Assembly: GCF_009914755.1 (NCBI RefSeq)
Contig: NC_060928.1
Source of the DNA: the human T2T-CHM13v2.0 reference genome, Homo sapiens
Strand: one strand, 5' to 3'
DNA length: 64,000 bases
The position numbers were made by a program, and so were the translations under genes. The notes below the pieces were generated by a model. That model searched no databases, was not told where the DNA came from, and saw only the letters and a list, made by a program, of their open reading frames with translations. Below, piece by piece: positions 16,134-31,432 of the stretch. Position 1 is the stretch's first letter; each line of letters begins with the position of its first letter.

Positions 16134-18186
16134 GTATGACTTCAATCGCAGTCAATGAGTCAGCTCATTAGCAGTAATAGATGTTCCCACGCTTGCTAAG
16201 CACCTAATTTGCTACTAGGAAATGATTTTATGCATAAAGAAAAAGAAGCCAGCATAAAATCATAGCTTCTAAGATAATTAATAAATGCTAGGCAAATATA
16301 ATTATATATACAGATACACTTGAATTCTGTTACATACCATATATGTATATATATATATATTTATTTATATCTCCTAACTTATATTTATTTCAATGTGTCA
16401 ATCATTTCAGTATTTGCTATGACTGGTAAAGTACATATGTTTTGGGAAACAAAATAGTAAAAATAAATCAGGTCCCCTAAAACTTTTATTAAAGCTGAAA
16501 AATAAGGCTGACAAAAGTGAAATAGTAGCACATCATACGTGACAAAATATAATTTCACGTTGTGGTGGGTAGTATAGATTAACTTATTGACAACTCTGTG
16601 AGTAGAAAGAGGACAATGAAAAAGCTTTCAAGAAAGGTTTTGTTGAGTAAGAGGAACTTGAATTAGCTTTCAATTATGGACATGCTTTTCTGATGGAAGA
16701 CTTTTTTCTTAGCGGAACATAGAAGAAAAATACTTGTTAAAATCCCTCCCTAGTCAATTTGCATGTTCATATGGATAAGGGACCAGTGTTTACAAGGAAA
16801 ACAGATCAAGTTAAATATGCATAGAAGACAAGGAAGTGTATATTCTCCTGTTGCTGGCCCCAAGGTTAGGTGCTCTTACAGATGAGTTGTTTTCTCTCTG
16901 GGTGGGTGTGTCTGATTGCTAACTCAATGCTAGTGACATCTTCCTGCATAAACAGACAGCTCCTTGGGCTTCTATTTTGGTTTCTAGGACCCTATTTTGG
17001 TTGCAAGATCAAAGAAAAGAGCAATACAAGATTGAAATATCTACATGAAGCGTAGCTTGTGCTGTCATACTAATAGACCCTTTATGAATTTTCTTTTTCT
17101 AACCAAAATGTCTCCTTCTGCTATCCTTGCATGTCATGTGCCAAATCTTTGGGGTAAGGCCTCAACCTGTGAAGTGGAAAGAGAAGAGAGAAACCCACAT
17201 TTTAACTGTTATTAAAGAGATCAGAATATGTTTTGTTCTATTTTATTGCAAAATCTCACCAACTCGTTTCAATTTCCCTCTGATTCATTGTACGTTTAAA
17301 AAGATATGAGTCTTAAATCTCCTTTCTCAAGGCAAGATAATAACAGCAATAATCTTTAAATACACATGCTGTCACTTACTCTCTTATCCTCATTGCCTCA
17401 GAAGAAGGTGATCATAAAGGAATCTTTAAGAAATCTATACCAATTTATTTGGTGGGAAGCAACAGTGGAAGGCATTTTGATGCTTAATACTATTTTTTTT
17501 TAATGTACAGAGCAAAAATCAGCATATTATTCAAGTGCCTTGTATATAATAGTAATAAAACAGTCAGGAGAAAATATTAATTGTGAAAATGTAATTGAAA
17601 AATAAACGTTATAAAGTAAACTCAAACTTTCTATATGACAAGAAAATGCAAACTACGAATGTAATTACTTTTACAAATATGAATTGTTTAGCCAATAACA
17701 AGTTATTCTTTGGGAGGGAAAAAAATGACATGAGGCCTCTAGGAAGGCTTTGCAGAAAAATAGTGAGTAGATTTTGTAAGTGGGTTGGAGTCAATATCAC
17801 ATATCAAGTTCCTGGATATTTAAAAGTAATAAAAGAATGACGCTTGAATATATGGAAACATGAGATGAGATATTTGTAAAATGATGATATTTAACAGGCC
17901 TGAGAACTCCTAGAACTTATAACATATTCTCTGAGAACTGACTGAATGTTTTACTACATACCAGATAATGAATAAGTAAGATTTAACTGCATGAAGTGCA
18001 GCAAAGACCTTCACAGAGCCTATCAGTGTTATTGGAACTGACACATAAAGGCAAATGTGTCTCCCACAAAGGATGTGGGAAACCAATTCTTCTAGAAACG
18101 ATGTAGAAAACACCCTCTAAAATATTGCACTACTAAGGTAAAAAAAAAAGTCTATTCAATTCCCACCATCAGTTTCTATTTATGTA

Positions 18187-18530
18187 CCATTACGCACCAC
18201 ATGACGAGGTTTTGGTCTGCAATGGACGACATATGTAACATGGTCCTATATAATTATAATACTGTATTTTTACTGAAGGTTTTCTATGTTTAGAAATTCT
18301 TAGATCCACAAATACTTACCATTGTTTTACAACTGCCTACAGCATTCACTTTGGTAACATGCTGTAAGAGGTTTGTAGCCTAGAACCAATAGGCTATACC
18401 ACATAGCCCATGTGTGTAGTAGACTATACCTCTAGTATTGTGTAAATACACTGTGTGGTATTTGCGTGACAAAATCACTTAACTATGCCTTTCTCAGAAT
18501 GTATCTTCAATGTTGAATGATGCATGATTG
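18187..18530 (+). mobile_element. Tigger3a/MER7A-type MITE
   Basis: Contains cacaaatacttaccattg and gtttgtagcctag, and ends in atgcatgattg. About 345 bp, homologous to the copy at 32230. Confidence 0.8.
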
Positions 18531-18803
18531 TTAGTACAACACTGCACTAAGTATTGTAAATATTTTATTATAGAATAATTACCATTAGTACTGATAAATT
18601 TTAAAAATGATACATATATGTTTTTGAAAGACCAAAAATAGGTGTATATTTCAAATATATTTTTAAAATACAGAGAGAGAGAAATTACCCCAAATTATCT
18701 CAATATAGCCACCAGGTGAAATCTTGGGCAGATTCTATAGATGTTCCAATTACTTAATTCAGTCATTCAATGGATATTTATTGAGAGTCAAGGATAGGCC
18801 AGA

Positions 18804-18984
18804 TATATTTCAACAGACTAAAATACAGTCCTATATAATATCTTCAAGTTGTATCAAATTTTCAATATTTCATCAGACTAAAATACAGTCGTATATAATA
18901 TCTTCAAGTTGTACCAAATTTTTAATATTTCATCAGACTAAAATACAGTTCTATACAATATCTTCAAGTTGTATCAGATTTTCA
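18804..18984. repeat. 60-bp tandem repeat, 3 copies
   Basis: Unit atatttcatcagactaaaatacagtc..tatataatatcttcaagttgtatcaaattttca recurs at an exact 60-nt period. Confidence 0.95.
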
Positions 18985-19049
18985 TATGCTCCCCTTCCTA
19001 AGACTTGTACCTAAATTAGTATTCTAATGTGTGTCTATTGGTAACTTAG

Positions 19050-19971
<922 letters not shown>

Positions 19972-20144
19972 TCAATCCTCCGCTCTACTTACTACTCATT
20001 GTTTCTGACCTTCTGGGTGCAGGTACACTCTGACCAAGATTCTCTTCATAGGAGCTCTCTGACATTCTCTCCCACATTAGGGTTCTGGGTGCCCTCTCAG
20101 GCTTCACATGTCCATAGTGTTCCCCCTTCTGAAATGTTTGTATT

Positions 20145-20570
20145 TATAGGTCACATTAGTTGCTGTCTAGAAAAATGTTCTAAGTTTCAGTGACTTTTCA
20201 AAACAAAGTTCATTTCTTAGTTAAGTAATAGTTCAATATTTCTAGTTGATGGTGATTCTCTTCCATGTGATGATTCAGAGGACAAAGTTTCTTAAATCAT
20301 GTGACTCCACCACGTTCTGGTGGACTTAGACATGTCTACATTCATCCAGAAGAGACAGAAAGATTACCTGGAGAAGGCACCTGTTTCTTAAATGCTGTGG
20401 ACTTAAAGTGACTTTCATCATTTTTTTTTACATGCCATTTGGAAAAGATGTGACGCAGGTTGAGAAATGAAGACCTTATTTGGGTGGCTGTTTCCTACCA
20501 ATCATTTTATACCATAAAATGAGAAACACGTTTAGGTGGAAGAAAAAAAAAAAAAAAACAGCCTCTATCT
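20145..20570 (-). mobile_element. Old MaLR LTR (MLT1K/L-like)
   Basis: Degenerate similarity (aaacaaagttcatttctt, ttcttaaatgct, cacgtttaggtgga). Confidence 0.5.
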
Positions 20571-21559
20571 CAAGGTCCCTTAACTGATCCAGTTGGTTCT
20601 ATTCAGCAGAGCTCATTTGAAGATAGTCATAGTCCAGATTACTTTCACAGAGTTTGAAGTCAGCCCCCAACACATTCTCCTTCCTGCTGCTTTCACTGGG
20701 ATTGTAACACACTCCATTACTGCCACTTCCCTCTGCTCGGCTTTCAGCAAGGCAGCTATAGTCAAACTTCTGCCTTCAACTTTCTCCTGCTGGGAGCCAG
20801 GCACCAGGACATTGGTCCCCCAAATTCCCAAAGTTTGAACTCTTCCCTGTTGTTCTATCAAAGCCTTCCTTGTCATTTGAATTGGGATGATCAAAAAGCA
20901 CTGATAGACAAAGGACATAAATATATCTTTTGTGGACTCAAAGTGTATCAGAAGCTTTCTAAGTCCCCCAACTCCATACTCTAAAATGCATTTAGGCATA
21001 GAAAAGAAAAAGCACATAATCCAAAATTGGTCATTCTCCATGGAATCTTAGAGACGGGAGGAAGGAAATGTCACAGCATTTCAACTACTCTCTCTCAAGT
21101 AGCTCTCTCTCTCTCTGTCTCTTTCTCTCTCTCTCATTAGATATTTTTCAGCCTCGATTCACTTCATCCCTCAAGGTAGGTGATGGGTTACTATGTCAGA
21201 ACCAGTTTAAAAATATCTAAGCTTGCATGGGTGTCCTGAACCACTCTTTATAATGAGAATAAAACATGTCACACTGTCTTTAGCTTTGGGTCCACTGTAG
21301 AAATGCAATACACACACACACATGCACAGAAAGTCCTTTTGAATATTCTTTTAAATAGACAAGAAAAAATGTGTATACAATTCATATATATATATAGAGA
21401 GAGAGAGAGAGACAGAGAGCTCTGTGACTAATTTTAAAATGCATTTTAAAATTAGGATCAGATTTTATTATTTTATAATTGGCATTTTATAATTGGCACA
21501 TAAAATCATGAATATTAATTCATGCCATTAAATATTTTCTAGACACTAAGTTTAAAAAA

Positions 21560-22900
21560 GCAGTCCTGAAATAAGGATGTCTGCTATTATTGCTTTAATT
21601 TAATATTTCTGTTGGCAGTCCTTACCAATACAGTAAGAAAAAAATCATAAAAATTGGAAAGGAAGGAATAATATTATTATAATTTCTATTAATAAGTCTC
21701 AGTAGGAAACCTAGGAAAATCCACAGAAGAATCTAGAAAATTAATAAGCATTTCTATAATGGTGCTGGATATTAGATCCATTTAGAAAAATTAATTAAAT
21801 TCTTATAAACAGAAGATAAAAGTATAAATTTAATTAAAAAACAATTTGCAATAGCAACCAAAATTATAAAGTTCCCACAAATCAACCTAAGAAAAGGTAT
21901 GCATGGCCTTTTTTGAGAAAATTATAAAACTTCATTAAATATCATTAAACTATGGGCCATGCATTTATGCATGGCCAAATAAACCCTGTTCATTTACAGA
22001 ATTCTCAATATTTTATAATTTAAATTCTCCCTATATATTCAATGTAATTGTAATTAAAATTGCAACAGATGTCTATATATGTGTTTGAATCTTGAAAATC
22101 CGAGTCTAAAATGTATGTGAAAGAGAAATGGCTGATAATAGTCATAATGATTCTTAAAGAGATATTAAGTTGAGAGCTTCTTTTTATCTATCAAAACAAA
22201 TTGAAATAGTTACAGTAATTGAGATAATGTGTACTAATGCAAGGTTAAAGAAATGAACCAACAGAACAGAAGGACATGCTAGAAACAGACTCACATACAT
22301 AGGGAAACTTGCACATATGTTTGAAGAGCGTATGCAATAAATGATGCTGGAAAAATTCATCATTCTTATGGAATCAAAGTGTATATCCCTACCATATGTA
22401 AGATGTGTAAACCAAGTCCAGGAGAAGTAAACACCTAATTATGTAAAGCAATACTGAAGATTTCAGAGGTCAATACAGAGAGTATCTTTATGGCCTTATA
22501 GGAGTGGAAGATTTCCACAAAATACATACACAAACAATCTTTTAAAAATGTTGATAAAATATTCTATATTTAATTTTAAAAATATTTCCGTGAAAAGACA
22601 AGTCACAGTTGTCCTTGAATTGATGAAATTGATAAAGAAATTTGTAATACATATGACCAATATAGGAATAGTTTTCAGAGTATATAATTCACTTTCAACG
22701 ACATTTTAAAAAGTAATAATAAAAATCCCAATAGGAAAATGTGCAAAAGTTATTAAAGAAAATTCATAGTAGAGAAAGCCTGATGAAACATAAGCATATT
22801 AAAAGGTGTGAATTTTACTAGTTATCATAGAAATGGCCATCAAAATCACAGTAAGAAACATTTCACGATCTTCAAACTAGCAAAAAATAAAAAGTCTGGA
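21560..22900 (+). mobile_element. Old L1M ORF2 3' fragment
   Basis: L1 ORF2-like motifs ataaggatgtctgct, aaattggaaaggaagg, aaatgatgctggaaaaatt and atcccaataggaaaatgtgcaaa. Confidence 0.75.
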
Positions 22901-23119
22901 AGTTCTGATACACACGTGGCTGCAGTTGACACGGACCCTTGGCTGGCAACTCAGCTGCAGCTGTCTACTGAGGCACCTACATTTGTATAAATCTTAGAGG
23001 AGGCAACAATTATCTTCCACCAGACACTTCCTATTACTTCAAGCCAGTTAGAGCATTAGCTGGGTCATGTCTGGGCTACAATTATAATAAGGTTCAGTCT
23101 ATCTTCAGATGCATCCCTT

Positions 23120-23735
23120 GCAACAGATCGTATTTTCCAAAGACGGTTGCAGGTTGCATAAGTTTGCCATCCCTCATTCTATTCTACAATGTGGTCTTGT
23201 CACATCCCATCAAGAGGGTGAATCTAAACCCCCTCCCCCTTGAATCTAGGAATGTTTGTGTTGTCTTTCAAAAATAGAATGCACACAGTCAATGCTATGT
23301 AACTTCTGACACTGAATCTTAAGAAGCCACACAATTTCTACCTGCTACTCTTGAGTTACTTTCTCAGGGAAATCAGTAACTGCTATGTGAGAATACCGAA
23401 TATCCTCAGACACTGCACCCGAAGGGTTTCAGGCCGTGTCTAAATTCTCAATTTTCCTGTCGATGGCCCAGCTTGACCTGCAGCTGACAGCTAGTAGTAA
23501 CTGTAAGCCACATGAGCGAACAATCTAGGCCATCCAGCCCAGAAGAACATTAAGATGACTGCAGCTCCAGCCAACATCCGGCTACAGCAACCTACGAGAA
23601 GCCAAATAAGAGCAGCGTAGCTCAGTCCTCCCAGAATTTGGGACCCAGAAAATAAAAGGGAAACTAAACAGGTAAACAAGTTGTTGTTTTACAACACTGT
23701 GTTTGAGAGTAATGTGTTATGCAGTAATAGGCAAG
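23120..23735 (+). mobile_element. MLT1G/H-type MaLR LTR
   Basis: Contains cccatcaagag..ccttgaatct and gatgactgcagctccagccaacatc. Ends gttatgcagtaatag. Confidence 0.7.
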
Positions 23736-23860
23736 AAAGTCTTGTTCCTCTCGTGTGTCCTTTTGGGTTTTTACTTGGGAGCCTGGTATAATCGGTCTCT
23801 CCGATTTTAAGGATGACAGACTTCGCACCTCTATCCTGGAGAATTTAACATCTCCCACTC

Positions 23861-24246
23861 TGATACAGTTTGGATGCGTGTCCCCTCCAAATCTCATGTT
23901 GAAATGTGATCCCCAGTGTTGGAGGCGGGGCCTAGTGGGAGGTGTTTGGGTCATGGGTGTGGATCCTTCATGAATGGCTTGGTGCTGTCCTCATGACAAT
24001 GAGTTCTCACCATACATCTTTTTCTTTTTTTGAGTGTGTAACATCTCCCCAGGTCCCCTTGCTCCTGCTCTCCCATGTGCGTGCCTGCTCCCTTTGCCTT
24101 GCACCATGATGAGACCTCACCAGAATCAGATGCTGGAGCTATGCTGGCACAGCCTGCAGAATCATGAGCCAATTAAACCTCTTTTCTTTATAAAATTCCC
24201 TAGCCTCAGGTATTTCTTTACAGCAGTGCAAGAAAGGCCTAACACA
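23861..24246 (+). mobile_element. MSTB-type solo LTR
   Basis: TG...CA ends (tgatacagtttggat ... ctaacaca). TSD cactc/caccc. Confidence 0.9.
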
Positions 24247-24617
24247 CACCCCATCCAGCTTCAAGAATCAGAAAAATGCTACACCTGGTCTGGTCAACAT
24301 CAGTTACTCTCATAAAGGAAATTAAACCATGTTGATGGATGGATGAACCAAAAGGAAAAGAGATCAATGACACAGATTAATTTGCTTCTGAAGAATATTT
24401 TTCATTGTGTATAATATGCTGTGGAATATGAGTATAGCAGGTTCTGGAATGAGCTTGTGTTAGCTCAATGCTGAAACACAGATGACTCTGTCTAATAATC
24501 AAAGCTGTAAATTTTGGGCATAATAAGTAGAAATAGTTGAATGTGAGTTTTGACTTTTAAAAGTAAACTTATATAATACCACTAATATCAATATTTAGCT
24601 TAAAAAGTTATGCATGT

Positions 24618-24930
<313 letters not shown>

Positions 24931-25972
24931 AGTTATGCATGTGATGACTCTTCGTAATCCCTTCAATAAGATTTTTTTTTTTTTTGGACATTTAAAATAT
25001 ACCATGATCACATATCTGCAAATCCTGCAACAATGTTCCTGGACTTTGTGATTGAGTGACAGTTTCCTACACCAGGTGACACCACTACCAAACGCCACCG
25101 CAACCCCTAACTCCAACTAGCAATCTCAAGATGTAAGACATCTGTCACAATTGCCGATTCTGCTTGTGACTTTCTGGGAAAGAGATTCAATCAATAGTGA
25201 AATCCCTTTGGAATGGAGGCTCTTTTTTTTTCTTTTCTTTAAATCAGGAACTGAGTTGAGTTTCTGGTATTATCTGGGAATATTTAGTAAACACATTTAT
25301 CTTATTTTGTTTTAATTTTACCAACTTCTTGGGAATCCTAGTAAAAAATCTTACATGATAAGTTTTTATTGTTCATTCTGAATGTGAAGCTGATATTTTT
25401 ACCTGCAAAAATCCAAAAAGTGACAGAAGATTTGTTTGGTAAAATAAACTGTAGTAACAGTGGAGATTGAAATCCAGTGGTCAGGTTGAGGTGCTACAAA
25501 CTGCTTTTTAAAAAATCATTCTCGTGTCATTTGGTAAGCGCAGGAATACACATCTTTAAGCTATATAGATATTAAGAAATAAAGAATGTGTCTTATTTTT
25601 AAAAAAATGTAAAAATACATAAATAGTAGTAGTATAATGAGAAACTATATAGACACGCAAACTTGAAAAATCTTCTATTAATTTACATGATTACTGTAGC
25701 ATAATCCCAAATTAAACTCACTTTTTCTGGATGACTGACTTGGGTAAAATAATTCATATATGAACAATGTGGGTAAAAAGAAAAAAGTCTCCAGTTTACA
25801 CTATAAATAGAGTGATTTTATCAAAGCAAATATTAGGAATTTATCCTTGGCTTTTTAAAACAAAAAGATACTAAAATACTTGAGAATCCTAATTTGATAA
25901 TACTGAATAATGCCACAGTTTATCCTGGCAGAGTAGGACATTTTAAAAAGCTATAAAATTCACTATATACTC

Positions 25973-26282
<310 letters not shown>

Positions 26283-26509
26283 TCACTATACACTCATAGA
26301 CTCAACCCTCGCTACATCATTGAGTAGGTTAAGATATAAACAATAAAAATAAGAGATGGTTTTGTCTAAGCTATATTACAATAATTTGTACCACTATAAT
26401 ATTTTTGTTATATATGGTAATCAGTTGTGTGATTATCATATTATTGTGCCTCCTTTTGAAAGTATTCATCTAGAGACTTCAATACATTTAACATTTAAAA
26501 GATTAATCA

Positions 26510-26830
<321 letters not shown>

Positions 26831-27249
26831 TCAATCTTAGAATTAATTTTAAATACATAAATAACTATAATTTGTTTTATTTGTCTATTATATAGATGAT
26901 ATATAAATAGTTAGAGGAACATTGATTTTATAAAGATCCCTAAAAAGAAATCTTCTTTAGTCTGTTTTGCATTCCATGCTAGAAATGTCAAAAGGGAATT
27001 AGAAACTGACTTTATGATTTTATTTTTGGTGTTCACATATATTAAATGAAAACTAAAATTATTTTATTAGGTCATGTTTCCTCATTCATATTAATTCTTT
27101 TCACTAACATATACGTACCTTAAAGTTACACAAGATTTTTGACTAAGGCTTGGATGAAAAAAAAAAAAAATTAGGGTGTTTCACAATAAAAATATCAAGA
27201 ATGATTAAGGTGATTAGGGTGATGATGTTGACCATATTTGTTGAGTGAT

Positions 27250-27672
27250 TGTCTTAGTTCATTTTCTATTGCTTATACAGAATATCTGAAGCCAGGCAAT
27301 TTATTAAGAAAAGGTATTTATTTCTTTCAGTTAGGGAAGCTGAAAAGTCCAAGAGTTGAGGAGCTGAATCTGGTGAGAACCTTCCTGCTGGTGGGGACTC
27401 TCTGCAGAGTCCTGATGCAGTGCAGAACATCACATGGGTGAGGGGCTGAGTGTGCTAACTTAGGTGTCTGTTTCTCTTCTTATAAAGCCATCAGTCCCAC
27501 TCCCCTGATAACTCATTAATCTATTAACCAAATAATCCATTAATCCATTCATGAAGGCAGGGCCCCTGTGACCCAATCATCTCTCAATGGCCTCACCTCT
27601 CATCACTACCACATTGAGGACTGTCAGTTTCAACGTGAGTTTTGAAGGCCAAAAACATTCAAACAAAAGCAG
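27250..27672 (-). mobile_element. MSTC/D-type MaLR LTR
   Basis: Runs tgtcttagttc...aacattcaaac, with an internal ccattaatccattcatga. Confidence 0.8.
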
Positions 27673-27777
27673 TTCTTGACTTGAGTAGGCCAGGTATGCT
27701 TTGTTTGACTGATGCAGTGTGACTCCTCTCTTCCATATTAACATCCTCTATGGGCTGCTGCTGTTGAGATGAAGTGG

Positions 27778-27833
27778 CTTTCTTATACTGCACAGCAGGT
27801 GATGCCTTTCTTTTACTGCACAGCAGGTGATGC
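27778..27833. repeat. 28-bp tandem duplication
   Basis: ctttctt(a/t)tactgcacagcaggtgatgc twice. Confidence 0.9.
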
Positions 27834-27864
27834 CTCACTTAAGCGAATCAAATGGCATGACAGT

Positions 27865-28175
27865 TGTCTTAGTCCGTTTAGGCTACTCTAACAAAATACC
27901 ATATTGTGTGGCTGATAAACAACATAAATATTTTCTCACAGTTCTGGAGGTTAGAAAATGCAAACTGAGGTGCCAGTGGATTTCATGTCCAAGGAAAGCC
28001 TCCTTCCTAGCTATCTCCTCTCTGTAACCTCACATGGCAGAAGGGGCAAGGAAGCTCTCTCAGCCTCTGCCCTCATGACTTTTCACCTCTCAAAGACCCC
28101 ACTTTCTAATACCATCACCTTGAAAATTTAGATTTTAAATTATAAATTTTGGGAGCACACATTCAGACCATAGCA
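27865..28175 (-). mobile_element. MLT1A-type MaLR LTR
   Basis: Runs tgtcttagtccgttt, ttctcacagttctggagg, cacattcagaccatagca. Confidence 0.85.
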
Positions 28176-29419
28176 AAGGTTATAGTCTATAACCGATAGC
28201 TTTTTAAATGGTACACATGCCATCTTAATCATATTAATAAAAGCAATGTACTTGTATGAAGTAATAATATTGGGGCAAAAGTTGTTATATTAAAACACAA
28301 AATGCAAAGGGGTTTTACAGGGTTAAATACTAATGATTAACATCACACATATATATGATTTTATATCACATATGCATGATTAAAGAAGACCAGTGGTTAG
28401 TAGAAAAAGATAGAGGTCAGTGCCTGTATTTTTTGTGCTTAACATGAGTGTGAGCATTAGATCTTTCTCCACACAAGGACCTTTCCCTTGAGATTTTACA
28501 ACTTTTATAAAATAATTGGATGGTTCAAAGGGGCAAAATGGAGTTTAGACAGAGGGATTCAGAACAGATTCACTCCCTAAGCCATGTGCCTTCCAAGCAG
28601 AATGTCAGAATAATTTATTTTAATACTCAAATATCCCCTGGTAAAATATTTTAAAAAGAAATTTATTTTTAAAACTTTAATTGACAGGTTATCTGGTCAA
28701 GATTGAAAATGAACTATTTAGAACATATATTGGTAACTATATATTGAATCATTTTATGGTTATCCTTATTTTCTAAGAATACTATATTAAATATTATTGA
28801 GAAAATGCAAGTAAAGTAATAAATAATTGACATTTCTACTTTGAACATAGTTCCATTTAAGTAAACTTGACTTTCTTAGATTGAAAAAAAAGTGAATATG
28901 GACTCATACTCAGTCTTGCTAAGATTTCAAGTGTTACAGAAAAAACAAAAGATGTGGTTGAAGTGAAATTAAGAAATTGGCATAATCGGCTTGGGGACAC
29001 TTTCTATAGTCTCTTGAATATAAAAGAAAAGGGCAAGCTGAGTAGGAATGGCAGGCGCTGGCGGAGAGCTCTTAACTGCTCCTCATCTGCTTAAAATGTG
29101 GGTCATTATTAAACAGACAATATTAATCAGTGAAAAAAATGATGTCTTAGCCAAATTAGTTACCAAAGTACCAGAAGTTCTAGCTGTTGGAGCCCAAGAG
29201 AACAGATAACAAAAGTGACCTCTTGCTAAATATTGGAAAACCTCACTAGGTATTGGAGGCCCAGACAAGCTCTAATCATCCTTTCTCTCTGCATTGCACA
29301 TTTCAGATATAGCCAAGTCTGGGGAAGAATGTAGCTTCTTCAGAAGGAGAAGAAAGTAAAAGACAAAATGAAGAGGGGAGAATAAAGGCTCATATGGAAA
29401 TTGCTCATATAAACCACTT

Positions 29420-29770
29420 CTATCACCACAATCTAATTTTAGAACCTTGCCATCACCCCTGAAAGGAAGTAGTACCTCGTAGCATCCCCATTCTCAAGCC
29501 CCAGGCTTCTGTTATACTTTCTGTCTGTATAAATGTGCCTATTCTGGACATTTCCTATAAATGAAATGGCAGGATATGCATTTCTGTGCGTGAGACGGGC
29601 TTCCTTTACTGAGCACAGTGTTGTTCAGACTCATGATGCTGTGGCATGTGTCAGTACTACACAACTGTGTAAAGATGACTCTGTAAATGTATTAAAAGCC
29701 ATTGAATTGTACACCTTAAATGGGTAATTGCTTGGTATGTAAGTTATATTTCACAAAGCTCTTTAAAAAA
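29420..29770. mobile_element. Old L1M 3'UTR fragments in opposite orientations
   Basis: Minus-type cctattctggacatttc up to about 29658, then plus-type ccattgaattgtacacc..aaatggg 3' end. Confidence 0.6.
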
Positions 29771-30965
29771 TGGAGAACCTCACAGGGAAGTGTTCATGTC
29801 CACTCAGAGACAACCAGAGGGGCTCTGGCTTCCTCATCTAAGGAGAGTAAGGCAGAAGGTTCATCGGGAGAGTCAGGAGCATTCAGGAAATGGAAGCATC
29901 CCTACCTAATTTCAATCATCGGTCAGCATGCAAAATCACAACCTCGAGTATTATCACCTTAAAATAAGTAGTTAATAGAAATTACGTTCCTGGGAATATT
30001 ATAAGCAGAAACCATCCAGATAATTAAAAGTAAATTAGGTACCCAAACAGATTGAAACAGGACATTAAATGTCAGATCTGCCTGTTCAGAGATTTATATA
30101 ACTATAACCTATATTTGGGGAGTTTATTAGATCCTACCCACAGGTAATGCAAACTAGTGACCTTGTTTTTTCTTCTCTTAGCAATCCCACTGTCAACATA
30201 GAATGAAAAACTGGCCGTCAGGGAATGTAGGGTGTGAGATGAATATTTTAATACGTGTAAAAAATTGGATATTTGATCCAATACTTTGTATTGGTAACTT
30301 ACTGAGTTCTAAATTTGTTTTATGTGAAACTAGAAAAGTTGAAAGCCAACAAAAATGAAAAATATTTATAAGAGCATTTGGAACACTCCAAAGGAAATGT
30401 CGACAAAGATTGCAACTAAAATGTGTAAGTCAAAATATAATAGCTTATTTAATGAGCTGGTTATTCTAGAACTTACACACTGTGGTAAAATTATGAACCT
30501 ACCAAAATTATTCTACTTAAGAATTTCAACCAAGTTTAAAAGTCTCTCATGACTCCTGATATTAGTTTGATTACATGGGCTGGTATTTTTAAATGGGTTT
30601 TAACAGCCAGAATAATTCAATATATATATTTTCCTCTAACAGCCTTTTGAAAAGTGAATCCCAACCTTAGGGATAATGGTCATAAAAGATAAATAATATT
30701 AGTTCCCATAAAAAAGAGGTTACCAAGAAAAACTTCAAAGGTCTGATTTTGCCTCTGCTCTTTTATTTATTACAGTTTCCTATTACATGTACAAAATGTT
30801 ATCTAAGCTATTAATTATGTTATGCTTTACATTTCTAGTTCCTTCTATTATCTCTTTTTTAAAAAAATAATACTCTGGGCACATATTAATTATGACATCA
30901 TTTGAATCAATTTTCTAGAAATTTAATTTCCAACATTTGGATAAAAACATAATATAGGTAATTCC

Positions 30966-31298
30966 TTTTTTTTTTTTTTTTTTTTTTTTGAGATGGAGTT
31001 TCACTCTTGTTGCCCAGGCTGAAGTGCAGTGGCACAATCTCAACATGAGATGTGGCTTCACTTCTCACGGCAACCTCCGACTCCCAGGTTCAAGCGATTC
31101 TCCTGCCTCAGCCTCCCTAGTAGCTGGGATTCCAGGCATGTGCCACCACACCCCGCTAATTTTGTATTTTTAGTAGAGACTAAACATGGGGTTTCTCCAT
31201 GTTGGTCGGGCTGGTCTCGAACTCCTGACCTCAGGTAATCTGCCCGCCTAGGCCTCCCAAAGTGCTGGGATTCCAGGCGTGAGCCACTGTGCACGACC
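30966..31298 (-). mobile_element. AluSp-like with two small insertions
   Basis: Perfect 13-bp TSD aatataggtaatt. Diagnostic gtttctccatgttggtc. Non-Alu inserts at about 31042-31063 and 31181-31186. Confidence 0.95.
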
Positions 31299-31432
31299 AA
31301 TATAGGTAATTACTAATGAGAGTTTAGACAAGACCCAGGCCTCAAACACTTTCATCCTCTCCTTTAGTCGAATCTTTTAAAATTAAAAATAAACATTCTT
31401 TTCTGGATTCTAACCTTTTGAGACTTGGCAAA

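Noticed and set aside
18804-18984. CRISPR-like regularly spaced repeats
   Set aside because: The units are contiguous with no unique spacers, there are no cas genes, and the DNA is primate.
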